Source of the DNA: a virus
DNA: 64,000 nucleotides
Reading direction: 5' to 3' (one strand)
IMG/VR virus record: IMGVR_UViG_3300008735_000002
Location: 1 to 64,000 of that record
Shown here piece after piece: positions 26,122 through 35,734 of this stretch. The notes beneath the pieces were generated by a model, which was not told the origin of the DNA, did no database searches, and saw only the letters and a list, made by a program, of their open reading frames with translations. Within the stretch, counting starts at the first letter, position 1, and each line of letters opens with the position of its first letter. The translations under genes and the position numbers were made by a program.

Positions 26122-27174
26122 CTATTCATCGCTAGCTAAAGCTGTTATAACACCTTGCACTTTCTTTCCATGAGGTAGACCATCAAAATATGCGACTGCT
26201 CGATCATAGAGCCCTGGCTCCAGTTGATCGAGGTCTTCCTCTGCAATGCCCTGACTCGTAGCATCTCTTAACATTTTCTTATAAACGTTATTTAGAAATG
26301 TGTCCCACATAAATGTTCTCAACGCGGGCCACGCATTGATTTCTGGATTTGATCCATACTCTGAATTAAATGCAGCGGCGTCGTCTTGATCGATCAAGTC
26401 TAAGTCGAGCATTGTATCCATCATAAATTTCAAAGCAACGCCCTTTAACTTATCTATTTCCCCAGGAAACGTCTCCATTGATAACCGCATTTTTTTCAGA
26501 GCTTCACCCTCAATTTTTTTGACACCGCTTACACTAAGTCCCATGTCTTGTGCAACATCTTCGAGAGTTGCTTCATCTCCTCTTTGCCACTCGCCAGTGC
26601 GGGTGTCTCCAGACGCTATAGCACGCAGCTCTTCGTCTGTTGGCTCTCCGTACTCACCCTCTTCGTCTTCATCGTAGTGGACACCGAGCTTAAAATCATC
26701 CCAACCTTCTGCCAAAAGCGACATTAGCAGTTGGTTCCTAATAATCGCTCTTGCCTCTTGGACTTCTTCTGGTTCATTCATACCAGCTTGATCAACCACT
26801 TCTACACTGACACGCTCATGATCATCAACAAACTTCTTAAATTTCTCGTATGTCTTTTCAACGACATCCGCTTCATCGGGAAGACGTTGCGCAAGAGTGT
26901 ATAGAGATCGAGCAAGCTGTTGATTATTTATGGGTGTATATTCGGGATCATCAACCGGCGGCTCATCCTCGCTTAACTGGGTAGCCATCTGCGGTTGTGG
27001 GTTGATAGGCATATCCAACGGATCATCTTCTTCAGGACCGTCATCGGGCCACTGAGTACCTGCACGATCTCCGTCTGCCCATGACGAATTACTGTACTCT
27101 GGGTACGTGTCTTCAAAGAGCAATCTTCTTGCTTCTTTTCTAAAATTATTAAAGTTCGCTTTCATTGCAACCAC
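26122..27174 (-). CDS. acidic protein with an embedded sigma70 region-4-like HTH
   Basis: TLEDVAQDMGLSVSGVKKIEGEALKKMR; RLLFE and LLAE sites. Confidence 0.6.
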   Translation of the reverse strand: MVAMKANFNNFRKEARRLLFEDTYPEYSNSSWADGDRAGTQWPDDGPEEDDPLDMPINPQPQMATQLSEDEPPVDDPEYTPINNQQLARSLYTLAQRLPDEADVVEKTYEKFKKFVDDHERVSVEVVDQAGMNEPEEVQEARAIIRNQLLMSLLAEGWDDFKLGVHYDEDEEGEYGEPTDEELRAIASGDTRTGEWQRGDEATLEDVAQDMGLSVSGVKKIEGEALKKMRLSMETFPGEIDKLKGVALKFMMDTMLDLDLIDQDDAAAFNSEYGSNPEINAWPALRTFMWDTFLNNVYKKMLRDATSQGIAEEDLDQLEPGLYDRAVAYFDGLPHGKKVQGVITALASDE

Positions 27175-27210
27175 CTCATCTACTAAATATGATGAAGATC
27201 AGTAGTTTTT

Positions 27211-27660
27211 CTAAGGACCTGCAGCTTGATTCATTGCAACGCCAGCTCCGATGGTAATTCCGACGCCGGCCAAAATACCAATTACCAAAACAAGCTCAGG
27301 AGCAAGTTTGGGCTTTGTCAATCTATCTTCTAAAAAAACACTGTAGTCTTGGTACGCCGCCAATTGCGTGTCATAAAGAGTTGTCCGAATCTCAAAATTG
27401 GAATTACACGTATCAAGTTCAAGCTGCTTAGCTGCTATAGCTGTCGTAACTGCTAAATCAATATTTGATTGACAACGTGCCTGCTGCTGCTCAAGGGTCA
27501 CAAGAAGTTCTGCTGCGTCTTCTGTCGTGAGAATTACACCATCAAACGGAGCTGGATCCCCTTCTTTAATCGGAATAGGATCATCAGCGTAAGAGATCGT
27601 TGGGTAAAATATAAGGAATGCGCAAATCCATGCACACATAATGGTCTGGATAATTTTCAT
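27211..27660 (-). CDS. exported coiled-coil protein with C-terminal TM (spanin-like candidate)
   Basis: Signal peptide (ISYA-DD), coiled-coil middle, C-terminal hydrophobic helix. Confidence 0.45.
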   Translation of the reverse strand: MKIIQTIMCAWICAFLIFYPTISYADDPIPIKEGDPAPFDGVILTTEDAAELLVTLEQQQARCQSNIDLAVTTAIAAKQLELDTCNSNFEIRTTLYDTQLAAYQDYSVFLEDRLTKPKLAPELVLVIGILAGVGITIGAGVAMNQAAGP

Positions 27661-27677
27661 ACCAAATTGTATGAAGA

Positions 27678-28673
27678 CTAGTCAGTTAGTAAACCAGCAA
27701 GTTTACGCCAGCGCTCAAGAACAAGATCACCCTCAACATGCTGTGACTCTTTCGTTGTGCTGCCGCTTTTCATGGCCCATCCTGTATCTTCTTCTGAACC
27801 GTAGGGTTCATTTACGTCAACCTCACCTGCCGAGAGAGCCGCCACCGCTTCAGGAACATCGGGCTCATCAATAACGGGCATGTCTTCACGAGAGGGCGCG
27901 CCTGAAGGAAGATCAAACTTCACTGCACCAAGATTCTCAACGAACTTAGTGACAGCGGCGTCAACGGCAGCCTCGCCGGTCTCCTCGGTGAACTTTTCAA
28001 TCGTTGACTGGACAGCTGCAGGATCCATCTGGTATGCGCCATTTGCAAGATACTTTTCTAGCTGGGCGCGGATCGGCGCTTCCTTAAACTGATCAAAGCC
28101 ACCAGTCGCCGGTTTACCGGATGTGACACCAAACCGTCCAACAGTCAAAGCATTCAAAACGGGAATTAACTTATCAGCTGGAAAATCAACACCATACCCA
28201 CCAATCTCAGCAGAGGGATCTACCATAGCGGTTGCAACCCATCGATGATGGCCATCCATAATGTGCTTATCGCTAGAAATAAATGCGCCTAAGTCACCGC
28301 CGGCTTTGTCGTCTCTGATCATACCAAGTGCCATGCTAAGTGCCTTCTCAATATTCATACTTGACTGGGAAGGCTTCAGGTCGGACACGGAAAAAGAAGC
28401 ACCACCGACTCCAATAACATCGTCTGCGGATCCACCATCGGTCTGGTCCTTACCGGACGAAGTAATCGCGTGGGCCTTTTCCTGGTCGCCAGCAACCGAT
28501 GAGAGCGGAAGCGGAAAACGATCTGTATCGACTTTCTTAGGGTCAGCATCTTCTAACAGCACTGTCTTTATTTCACTTAAGATAACACTCTTAAGCTGAT
28601 CGCTGGAAAGCTTGCGATTTCTCTTAGTCCGAGGATCAAAGCCAAAAACTTCTTTTAACGTTCTATTTTTCAT
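27678..28673 (-). CDS. ParB/Srx-like domain protein
   Basis: LKPSQ...FISSDKHIMDGHHRW; N-terminal VLLE and C-terminal LERWRKLAGL motifs. Confidence 0.7.
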   Translation of the reverse strand: MKNRTLKEVFGFDPRTKRNRKLSSDQLKSVILSEIKTVLLEDADPKKVDTDRFPLPLSSVAGDQEKAHAITSSGKDQTDGGSADDVIGVGGASFSVSDLKPSQSSMNIEKALSMALGMIRDDKAGGDLGAFISSDKHIMDGHHRWVATAMVDPSAEIGGYGVDFPADKLIPVLNALTVGRFGVTSGKPATGGFDQFKEAPIRAQLEKYLANGAYQMDPAAVQSTIEKFTEETGEAAVDAAVTKFVENLGAVKFDLPSGAPSREDMPVIDEPDVPEAVAALSAGEVDVNEPYGSEEDTGWAMKSGSTTKESQHVEGDLVLERWRKLAGLLTD

Positions 28674-28719
28674 TGTAAATCCTTAAAGGGTAGCAACGGT
28701 ACTTGATTAAATATCCCGT

Positions 28720-29121
28720 TTAATCCAAATATTCCCTTAACTTTAGCGCAATCTCATCTTCAGGGGACTCTAGAGATAAGATCTCCCTAATTCTTTCTTT
28801 CTTTTCAGCGTCTAGCGATTCGAGCGTCTCTTCAAACTCGCTCTTAGCCTGCTCATTCGTCGCCAGAAATTTTTCTAGATTGCGCTCCATAGCTTCACGC
28901 TCTTGTTCGGTCGCAGCGGCCTCTGCATCAAGAAGCGTATCCATCAATATTTGTTTCTTTTCTAGTGCCGCGGCTGCGTCGCGAGAAGACTTTGTAAATG
29001 TCAAGACCCCCAGCACACCTACAACAACACCGACTAAAAGCTCCCATCGTTCCTTACACCAGGAAATGAAAGACTTCCATGCAGAAACAACACACGCCTT
29101 TGCCGCCAACCACGTCAGCAT
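28720..29121 (-). CDS. N-terminally anchored coiled-coil membrane protein (i-spanin-like candidate)
   Basis: TM LLVGVVVGVLGVLTF followed by a coiled coil. Confidence 0.45.
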   Translation of the reverse strand: MLTWLAAKACVVSAWKSFISWCKERWELLVGVVVGVLGVLTFTKSSRDAAAALEKKQILMDTLLDAEAAATEQEREAMERNLEKFLATNEQAKSEFEETLESLDAEKKERIREILSLESPEDEIALKLREYLD

Positions 29122-29361
29122 CTACTTACCGTGTTTCCAAGCAATCGCTGCGTCTATTACAGATTGACCACCGATATATATCATCGCGATCATTCCCCAT
29201 GTCTCACTATCCAAGCTAGCCCAAGCAAGAAGACCGGTAGCTGTTAAGAAAACAAAAAACTTTCTAGAGATTATCCTACCGATAATCTTATCAACGATAC
29301 CAAGCTTTTCGCCATCGATGAGAGCTTGCGCTTCTTTTAAGTCTATTTCATTATCGTTCAT
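29122..29361 (-). CDS. small two-TM holin-like protein
   Basis: RKFFVFLTATGLLAW...GMIAMIYIGGQ; basic C-terminus. Confidence 0.5.
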   Translation of the reverse strand: MNDNEIDLKEAQALIDGEKLGIVDKIIGRIISRKFFVFLTATGLLAWASLDSETWGMIAMIYIGGQSVIDAAIAWKHGK

Positions 29362-29412
29362 CGTAACTCCAAGATTATATCATTAAGTATGGTGAAGTTA
29401 AAGATGGTGATT

Positions 29413-29685
29413 CTAATTCATCGAGTCATCGTCGTCTTTCGCTGTTGAAAAACCGTACAACAGTTGTGCTGGATCTATATCATGAAGAAAGTGCGCGACC
29501 ATCTCTTGAATATTTCTGACGTCATTGGCAACAAGATCATTATTTCTAGAGAGCGCAATGATGGCGCTCTGTAGATTTTGAAGTGTAAGGTAGAGCGTCT
29601 GGTAATCACCCTCAAGCTGCTCGATGCGTCTCTTGGCATCAGCCAACTCTTTCTTAGTATCCTTACTTGAAAATGGCCACCACAC
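29413..29685 (-). CDS. coiled-coil hypothetical protein
   Basis: Heptad pattern. Confidence 0.55.
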   Translation of the reverse strand: MWWPFSSKDTKKELADAKRRIEQLEGDYQTLYLTLQNLQSAIIALSRNNDLVANDVRNIQEMVAHFLHDIDPAQLLYGFSTAKDDDDSMN

Positions 29686-29973
29686 TTATTTTTCCCCAGA
29701 CGAATCTTTCAAGGTATCATACGTCTCTATTACGTCAAAAACACTTTCTGCGTCCGTGCCCATAACTTTGCGTAATTCTCCATCACGCTTTTCAACAGAT
29801 ATCTTATCCACTATTTTAACTAGCGCGGGCTCACCGTTAACCAGCCTCGAAATTAAGCCCTCTACAATATCTTGCATGGAAAGCTTCTTCCGAAAAGCCA
29901 GCACACGAAATTCTGCGTGTGTTTCTGTCAAGAAATTAAAATGAACCGACTTTTTGCGCATCCAGCGGCTCAT
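29686..29973 (-). CDS. ribbon-helix-helix-like DNA-binding protein
   Basis: KKSVHFNF beta strand, then two helices (ETHAEFRVLAF, SMQDIVEGLI). Confidence 0.55.
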   Translation of the reverse strand: MSRWMRKKSVHFNFLTETHAEFRVLAFRKKLSMQDIVEGLISRLVNGEPALVKIVDKISVEKRDGELRKVMGTDAESVFDVIETYDTLKDSSGEK

Positions 29974-30623
29974 GGACCACCAGCGCCAGCGGAGGCACCA
30001 ACAGCAATAGGAACTTGGTCTTCATACTCTTCACGCGTTGCTTCAAGGTCCTCTTTACGAGTGATGTCATGACGGGTCGATAATAGCTCTGCGACTTCAT
30101 CGGCAACTTCCTCACCGTACTTGTCAAGAAGAAAACTTCTTGATTTTGACATAATCATCTCTTCGATATCAAAAAACGCATCGAAATTTAAGATTAACCG
30201 GGCAGTTTCAGCTGCAAATCTATCAACGTCAATCGAGACATCTACGCCTTCATCTTGTTCTCTTAAAAATATCTGCTTAAGAGAATAACTCTCTTCTTGC
30301 ACTTGAGCACTTTTAATAGAGTCAGATTCAATATCGATAAATATCGCCTGTAACTGGTCATCTAATGATTTTTCAAAACGAACCTTGTCTTCTTCTTCTG
30401 CCTTGGGGCCTTCTTCTTCACCTTCTTCTTCTTCGGCGGCTTCTTCGTCTCCACCCTCTTCGTCTCCACCCTCTTCTTCGTCTCCACCTTCATCAGCAAA
30501 GGGATCATCGCCGGCTTCTTCATCGCCACCTTCTTCATCGCCACCTTCATCAGCAAAGGGATCATCCTGCTCGGATAGAATATACGCTTTTCGAAAAAAC
30601 TCTTTAAGATCATCTCTTTTCAT
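29970..30623 (-). CDS. acidic repeat-containing putative virion protein
   Basis: ILSE-QDDPFADEGGDEE repeats; IFLRE site. Confidence 0.55.
   Translation of the reverse strand: MKRDDLKEFFRKAYILSEQDDPFADEGGDEEGGDEEAGDDPFADEGGDEEEGGDEEGGDEEAAEEEEGEEEGPKAEEEDKVRFEKSLDDQLQAIFIDIESDSIKSAQVQEESYSLKQIFLREQDEGVDVSIDVDRFAAETARLILNFDAFFDIEEMIMSKSRSFLLDKYGEEVADEVAELLSTRHDITRKEDLEATREEYEDQVPIAVGASAGAGGP
30445..30566 (-). repeat. coding tandem repeats (DDPFADEGGDEE and GGDEE units)
   Basis: CCACCTTCATCAGCAAAGGGATCATC at 30484-30509 and 30541-30566, plus CTCTTCGTCTCCACC repeats. Confidence 0.85.
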
Positions 30624-31345
30624 TGTTCACTCCCGAGGCCCTCTGATAGTATTTTTGCGAGCTTATCAGCACGACGAATTCTCATTTCGACCAAATTCCA
30701 ATTTAGCTCTTTCATCATTGCAAAAATATACTTGCGTCGATCATTTAGATAATCTCTAAAATATGCGCGTTGCTGAACAGACAGAACAATGACTGGGTAG
30801 CAGTTCATCGGAATGCCCACCTCATTACCATCAACAAAGATGTTGATATAGCGGTTAATAAATCCATTATAGACGGTGCATACCCACCCATCACGAGCTG
30901 CCATTCCGCATGCAATAAAATCTTTCTGCCAATCTTCAAACGTCCCAAAATCACGAGCCAACCTCATGTAGGCTAAACTATCCATCGTAATTTTTGAAGT
31001 AGGGTCGGCAATGTTGTCGAAATAATAGGCTGTCAGAAACGAACCATTTATGTTATAGGCTTCCTCTTGCTTGATACCACGGAACGAAGAGTCTTTATCA
31101 TTCGCCTCTGACCGATCTACGGAATCAAGCTTCGCAGATACGTCATTAAGAGCTTCAACATAAGAGTGGAGATTCTCTATATTCGCTTCAATAGCTTTAT
31201 CACTAAGCATGTCAGTGTTGATGTCGTACTTCTTAGCTTGGACGACATAAGATTCCGAAAGCTGCTTGGTATCCTCCCTAGAAGGAGTCCCCCTCTGCAG
31301 CGTTTCACTTATCACTTTCAATATTTCTTTTTCATCAATGGGCAT
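30620..31345 (-). CDS. Fe/Mn superoxide dismutase-fold protein lacking metal ligands
   Basis: HSYVEALN, RDFGTFEDWQKDF, DGWV, PVIVLSVQQRAYFRDYLNDRRKYI, LNWNLVE; canonical DVWEHAYY is replaced. Confidence 0.75.
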   Translation of the reverse strand: MPIDEKEILKVISETLQRGTPSREDTKQLSESYVVQAKKYDINTDMLSDKAIEANIENLHSYVEALNDVSAKLDSVDRSEANDKDSSFRGIKQEEAYNINGSFLTAYYFDNIADPTSKITMDSLAYMRLARDFGTFEDWQKDFIACGMAARDGWVCTVYNGFINRYINIFVDGNEVGIPMNCYPVIVLSVQQRAYFRDYLNDRRKYIFAMMKELNWNLVEMRIRRADKLAKILSEGLGSEQ

Positions 31346-31845
31346 TAGTCCACCTCGTATTCTTTTTCAAATTCTTCTTGGTCTATAACAAAGACAACCT
31401 CATCCTCATCCGGCTCGTCTGTCAGGGCAGCAACAGCCTGAACCCTGCTATCGATATCAACCTCAGGAGAGGGGTCGAGCAACTCAGGAATCCTGGGATC
31501 TGCTGTAACCTCATCATCTTCATTCAGCGCGCCGAGCTCATCGGGCCCTCCCAATACTTCTTCTCCCTCTGGGGGAGCATCGAAACGTGGTTCTTCTGGT
31601 TCACGTAAAACTATCTGAACTTCGCCAGGTTTATCCCCTTTTACATGAGCGATTGTATACTCATATCCAGATTTCTTGTGACGTACCTTTAGATCGGGAG
31701 AAAGAATTAAATTACCTCTATCATCGAAAACGTCAGATTCACCCATCACCTCATGAAGGCGCTGGCGGTATTCATGTCTTAAGACGTCTAAAAGAAATGT
31801 AGTGTCCGTCATTTGGATCTCCGTATTCCTGCTAATACTTCCCAC
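31345..31845 (-). CDS. acidic hypothetical protein
   Basis: Packed ORF. Confidence 0.6.
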   Translation of the reverse strand: MGSISRNTEIQMTDTTFLLDVLRHEYRQRLHEVMGESDVFDDRGNLILSPDLKVRHKKSGYEYTIAHVKGDKPGEVQIVLREPEEPRFDAPPEGEEVLGGPDELGALNEDDEVTADPRIPELLDPSPEVDIDSRVQAVAALTDEPDEDEVVFVIDQEEFEKEYEVD

Positions 31846-33842
31846 CTCGCAGACTCCACTATTACTCTATCTGTTCGGAACTTCTTGTCTAAATAATTGT
31901 AAACTGATTTGTGAACCACTCCGCGAGTTAATCGAGTATTATTTTCAGAGGTCATCTTTAACATGGCTGAAGCGATTTGTGGGATCAAGTCTGAAAGCGT
32001 ATCAAAGTTTTTCTTTGCGAAGCGCTTGCTCTTGATAAGAGTCTCTTCATGCTCTCCCCTCCACTTCTGTATCGCTTTTGCCACTTCTTTCTCAACAGCT
32101 TTCGAAGCCCCATCCAAAGCTACATTCACCAAATCCTTCAGTCCAGTCATTCGCTTCTTAGCAGTTAAAGAACTTTGTGATGTCTTTGAAAGGCCGGCTG
32201 CCCAGTTGTCTAAAGCGTTGGCAACAGCCACACTTGGTGCCTCTGGTTCTGCAGCTGCTTCTTGTGCAGCGGTCTCAAGTTCTGCCTGAGCGGTCTCTTG
32301 CTCTTCTGCAGCTTCTTCTTCAGAAGCCGGCGCGCCCTCTTCACCCTCAGCGGCTTCATCCTCACCAACTGCGATCTTTTTATCTAGCAGCTCTGCATCG
32401 TTAACAGCTGTTGCCCATGCTGTAACAGCCTTTTCATCAGGGGCGGCGCCAATAGGTTTTCCAACATCTGCAAATGCTGTCACAATATCTTCAATCGCAA
32501 TCGCTTCCTCTTCTTGTTCAAATAGAAGCGAAGAAAGACTTGACTCGTGCATCTTGGTTCCGGTCGGTTCGTGGTGCGCAGCAAAAAGCTTGGAAGCATC
32601 AGGGTCTGATAACAATGTTTTTACTAGTTCGCCACCCGTATCTCCAAGATGCTCATCACCAAGATCTGCTAAAGCGTCTAAATTCTTAAAGGCGCTAGCG
32701 ACCCTCTCATCAGCTGCTTCTTCTGCTGTGTTTGCCATATCAGCGACTTGTTCAGGAGTAGCACCATCTGGTCCAGAAGTGTAAAGAGCAAGAATCTGTG
32801 CAACAATTTCCTGCTGTCTAACAGCCAGGTCAGCTAATTTTCCAGCCAAGCCTTGCTTTAAAGCTTCAGCATCAGCGGGCTCAAGCTCGCCGCTTGCTGC
32901 ATCGAATACATCTTTCGCAACCTCAGGAGACTTTTGCAACGCAGCAGCTCCTTGCTCGGCTGCCTTCATGTCTACCTTACCGCTCTTTGCTTGCTCAGCG
33001 CCAGCTTGTGCAGCAGCAGCTGCGGCAGACGCCTCACCTGTCTCTTCACCAACCTGCTCGACCGCACCGGTCAGTTTCTGCTGAGCTGTTGACATATTGA
33101 GAGCAACAAACTCTTCGAAGGGAGAAGCCATGATAGCTTCGACCACAAGATCACCCTCAACAAGATTCCCGGTTTTGTCACCGCTGAATAATGCAGCGAT
33201 GAATCCGACTACCTTACTAAAGAACCCGCCGCCCTCAGCTTCGGCAGCTTTAGTTCCAGCTTCCCATGCACCGTTGAACCAGTCTGGAACCTTATAGGTC
33301 TTCTCGACTGCTTTTGCAATATCCTCAGTTGTAGGAAAGTCAGGGGCATCATCACCGCCCTCATCAGCAGCTTTTGCCAATTCACCAATTGGCTTTGTTG
33401 AGTCTTCAGGTTTATATTTTTGTAGCTCTGCCTTCACTTGCTCTATACAAGTGATCAAAGCAGCAAACTCACCAGAGGCATCTTGAATTTGCTTAGTGAT
33501 ATCTGATGCGGTTTTTGCTCGAGCTTTTCCATCTGTCCCTTCGTCATAAAGCGAGTCAACATTTGCGGCAATATCATTGTACAGTGACTTAATCGGCTCG
33601 AGAGCTGACTGCCATTCCGACTTCGCGGCGCCCGCTGCCAGCTGGGCTTCTACTTCACCAATGGTCGCTTCAAATTCTTTAATCGTGGCGTCCATCTCCT
33701 TTGCGTCTTCATCATTTAGCTCTTCCAAAAGGAGAGCAGCCATGTTACCTTCACGAAGGAGGTCTTCAGTCAAGGCGTTGGTATATGTCCTAACAAAGGC
33801 TCGCCCGGAGGTGACACCTGCTTTATAAATAATTCCGCTCAT
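31809..33842 (-). CDS. large A/E-rich helical putative virion (internal/ejection) protein
   Basis: 677 aa; LLRE and LLFE sites; C-terminal ARWEVLAGI; two ATANTTA-like boxes upstream. Confidence 0.55.
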   Translation of the reverse strand: MSGIIYKAGVTSGRAFVRTYTNALTEDLLREGNMAALLLEELNDEDAKEMDATIKEFEATIGEVEAQLAAGAAKSEWQSALEPIKSLYNDIAANVDSLYDEGTDGKARAKTASDITKQIQDASGEFAALITCIEQVKAELQKYKPEDSTKPIGELAKAADEGGDDAPDFPTTEDIAKAVEKTYKVPDWFNGAWEAGTKAAEAEGGGFFSKVVGFIAALFSGDKTGNLVEGDLVVEAIMASPFEEFVALNMSTAQQKLTGAVEQVGEETGEASAAAAAAQAGAEQAKSGKVDMKAAEQGAAALQKSPEVAKDVFDAASGELEPADAEALKQGLAGKLADLAVRQQEIVAQILALYTSGPDGATPEQVADMANTAEEAADERVASAFKNLDALADLGDEHLGDTGGELVKTLLSDPDASKLFAAHHEPTGTKMHESSLSSLLFEQEEEAIAIEDIVTAFADVGKPIGAAPDEKAVTAWATAVNDAELLDKKIAVGEDEAAEGEEGAPASEEEAAEEQETAQAELETAAQEAAAEPEAPSVAVANALDNWAAGLSKTSQSSLTAKKRMTGLKDLVNVALDGASKAVEKEVAKAIQKWRGEHEETLIKSKRFAKKNFDTLSDLIPQIASAMLKMTSENNTRLTRGVVHKSVYNYLDKKFRTDRVIVESARWEVLAGIRRSK

Positions 33843-33900
33843 TTACGAGCCCCCTAAATACTTCTGCTTAGAACTAAATATGGAGTAAAGACGGATGGTA

Positions 33901-34320
33901 CTACGTTGTGTAGCGCCTAACTGAAACTCCTGCTGACCGTAATAGCTCGATACCAGACAAATCGCGGTATTCTTCATCAAAAACTACCTCTTTTACGCCA
34001 CCGTTAATAATAGCCTTCGCGCACATCTTGCAAGGGCTTAAGGTAATATACATTATCTTTTTACCGCGATTATTATAGTCGCACTTAAGCAGTGCGTTAA
34101 TCTCTGCATGAATCATCCCTGAATTTCCTGGCTCAGCAGACTCAACCTCATTTGGTCCGCCTGAATAATTTCCATTATAACCGACAGCGAGTACTTGAGT
34201 ATTTTCATCTGTCACGATCACTGCACCTACCTGGTACCGTGGGTCATACGATCTACGAGCTATGGAGTGAGCAAAACCCATCCATATTTCATCCCAATGT
34301 GGTCTACCATCCGAGCTCAT
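33901..34320 (-). CDS. dCMP deaminase
   Basis: VGAVIV, GYNG, IHAEINAL, TLSPCKMCAKAII. Confidence 0.92.
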   Translation of the reverse strand: MSSDGRPHWDEIWMGFAHSIARRSYDPRYQVGAVIVTDENTQVLAVGYNGNYSGGPNEVESAEPGNSGMIHAEINALLKCDYNNRGKKIMYITLSPCKMCAKAIINGGVKEVVFDEEYRDLSGIELLRSAGVSVRRYTT

Positions 34321-34990
34321 TCAAGTACCCCTTAAGGCTATCACAGCTTTCGACTTCATCTCCCCAAACTGACCATCCAGGTAACTGGTGGCGAGCAAAC
34401 AGTTCAACCTTCGTCTGGTCTGGAAACATCTGCTCAATGCGAGTTCGAACTTCATCTGGTTTCTTACTATGCTCTTCACGGAGGTGCTCTAAATATTGTC
34501 GTACATTTCTGGCACCTCGAGGTCGAGGAATTTTTCCATTTTTTCCAACAAGACAAAGCTCACACTGCGACATGGTATAAAATCCGGGATTAACTCTCAT
34601 CTTATTCCAAACGAATGCAACGGTAGAATATTTTAGCCCCCAGCTTTTTAGAAGCTCAATCCCCTGATCAAGATGAGGGTTTGTTACCCACATAAAGACA
34701 AGAGAATCTTCGTTGAGAAGCTTCTGCATTGGAAACTGCTTTAGCTGCTTTAGCTTGAGTGTACCATAATGCTTGCGAGCCCCACCTGTATCACCCATTC
34801 CAGGTTTAGAATGTTGTAGCTGGCCCTTGTAATCCCATGGTGGATCCAAATAGACAATGTCAAACCTCGGCTTCGGTTGTGTCAAAAAGTTCTTCAATGT
34901 GTTTCTCCTTAGGTAAAGTAAATCCAGCAGCTTTCTTGTGGCCACCGCCACCAAAGCTCTTAGCAATTTCTGATACGTCAACGCTCTCAT
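34304..34990 (-). CDS. MT-A70-family amino-methyltransferase (true start probably near 34885)
   Basis: YLDPPW catalytic motif, FMWVT, WGLKY, HSKKP, ELFAR, WGDE. Confidence 0.9.
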   Translation of the reverse strand: MRALTYQKLLRALVAVATRKLLDLLYLRRNTLKNFLTQPKPRFDIVYLDPPWDYKGQLQHSKPGMGDTGGARKHYGTLKLKQLKQFPMQKLLNEDSLVFMWVTNPHLDQGIELLKSWGLKYSTVAFVWNKMRVNPGFYTMSQCELCLVGKNGKIPRPRGARNVRQYLEHLREEHSKKPDEVRTRIEQMFPDQTKVELFARHQLPGWSVWGDEVESCDSLKGYLNELGW

Positions 34991-35705
34991 GAAAAGCTCG
35001 TAAGCTGACTTTCGTTATTTCATCTTCATGATCCCAATACCAGATCAAAGCAAAATCGCAATCAGGAGAAAGCCGTGCTCCGATTTCTGACATCCAGTGA
35101 GAAGCATTTACTACCAGCACTTCCTTCCCATCCATCATGCGGGGCTGCGCTTTTTCACAGACCTTTTTGACAACAGTCTTACTGTACGCCAGGATGTAAG
35201 ATCCTCGCTTACATGCATCATCAAACACAGAGTCATCTTCAAACTTTTCGAACTCTTCAAACTCAAACGGTACCATATCGAATGCTGCACTAAACTCTTT
35301 TGAATACTCAAGTTCCCACTTCCACAGGTCTCGATCCTGAATATATTTGATAAACTTCGGTGGCTCCTTACCCGGGTGGAAATATTCCCACGCCAGTATT
35401 GCACCGCTCTTTGTCATATCAAAATGAGTGTTAGAGATATCATGAAGTTCAACCATCGCAGACTTGTGATGATCGATAATCATAAGATTTTTGGCTTTCT
35501 TTATCATCTTCTTCGTTGTAGATTTATCATAAGAGAAATCCAGAATAACTACATTTTTTCCTTTAACATCGGGTGGCGGGGTACCATGCTTACAAGCGTA
35601 ATACTCTGCTCTATTCCCTAACTGCTTCCATGCAGAATATGCCGCCCCGAAACCGTCTGTGCAGTCAGCATGATAGATTACGACATTAACTGAATTTGGG
35701 TCCAT
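34860..35705 (-). CDS. DHH/DHHA1 phosphoesterase (NrnB/Pde2-like)
   Basis: YHADCTDG, LDFS, IDHH, SGA, DRDLW, SLR, GGGGHKKAAGF. A TATAAT at 35713-35718 overlaps the first ATG, which favours the Met at 35705. Confidence 0.88.
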   Translation of the reverse strand: MDPNSVNVVIYHADCTDGFGAAYSAWKQLGNRAEYYACKHGTPPPDVKGKNVVILDFSYDKSTTKKMIKKAKNLMIIDHHKSAMVELHDISNTHFDMTKSGAILAWEYFHPGKEPPKFIKYIQDRDLWKWELEYSKEFSAAFDMVPFEFEEFEKFEDDSVFDDACKRGSYILAYSKTVVKKVCEKAQPRMMDGKEVLVVNASHWMSEIGARLSPDCDFALIWYWDHEDEITKVSLRAFHESVDVSEIAKSFGGGGHKKAAGFTLPKEKHIEELFDTTEAEV

Positions 35706-35734
35706 TGTACTCATTATACCCTCGCGATAGAAAT

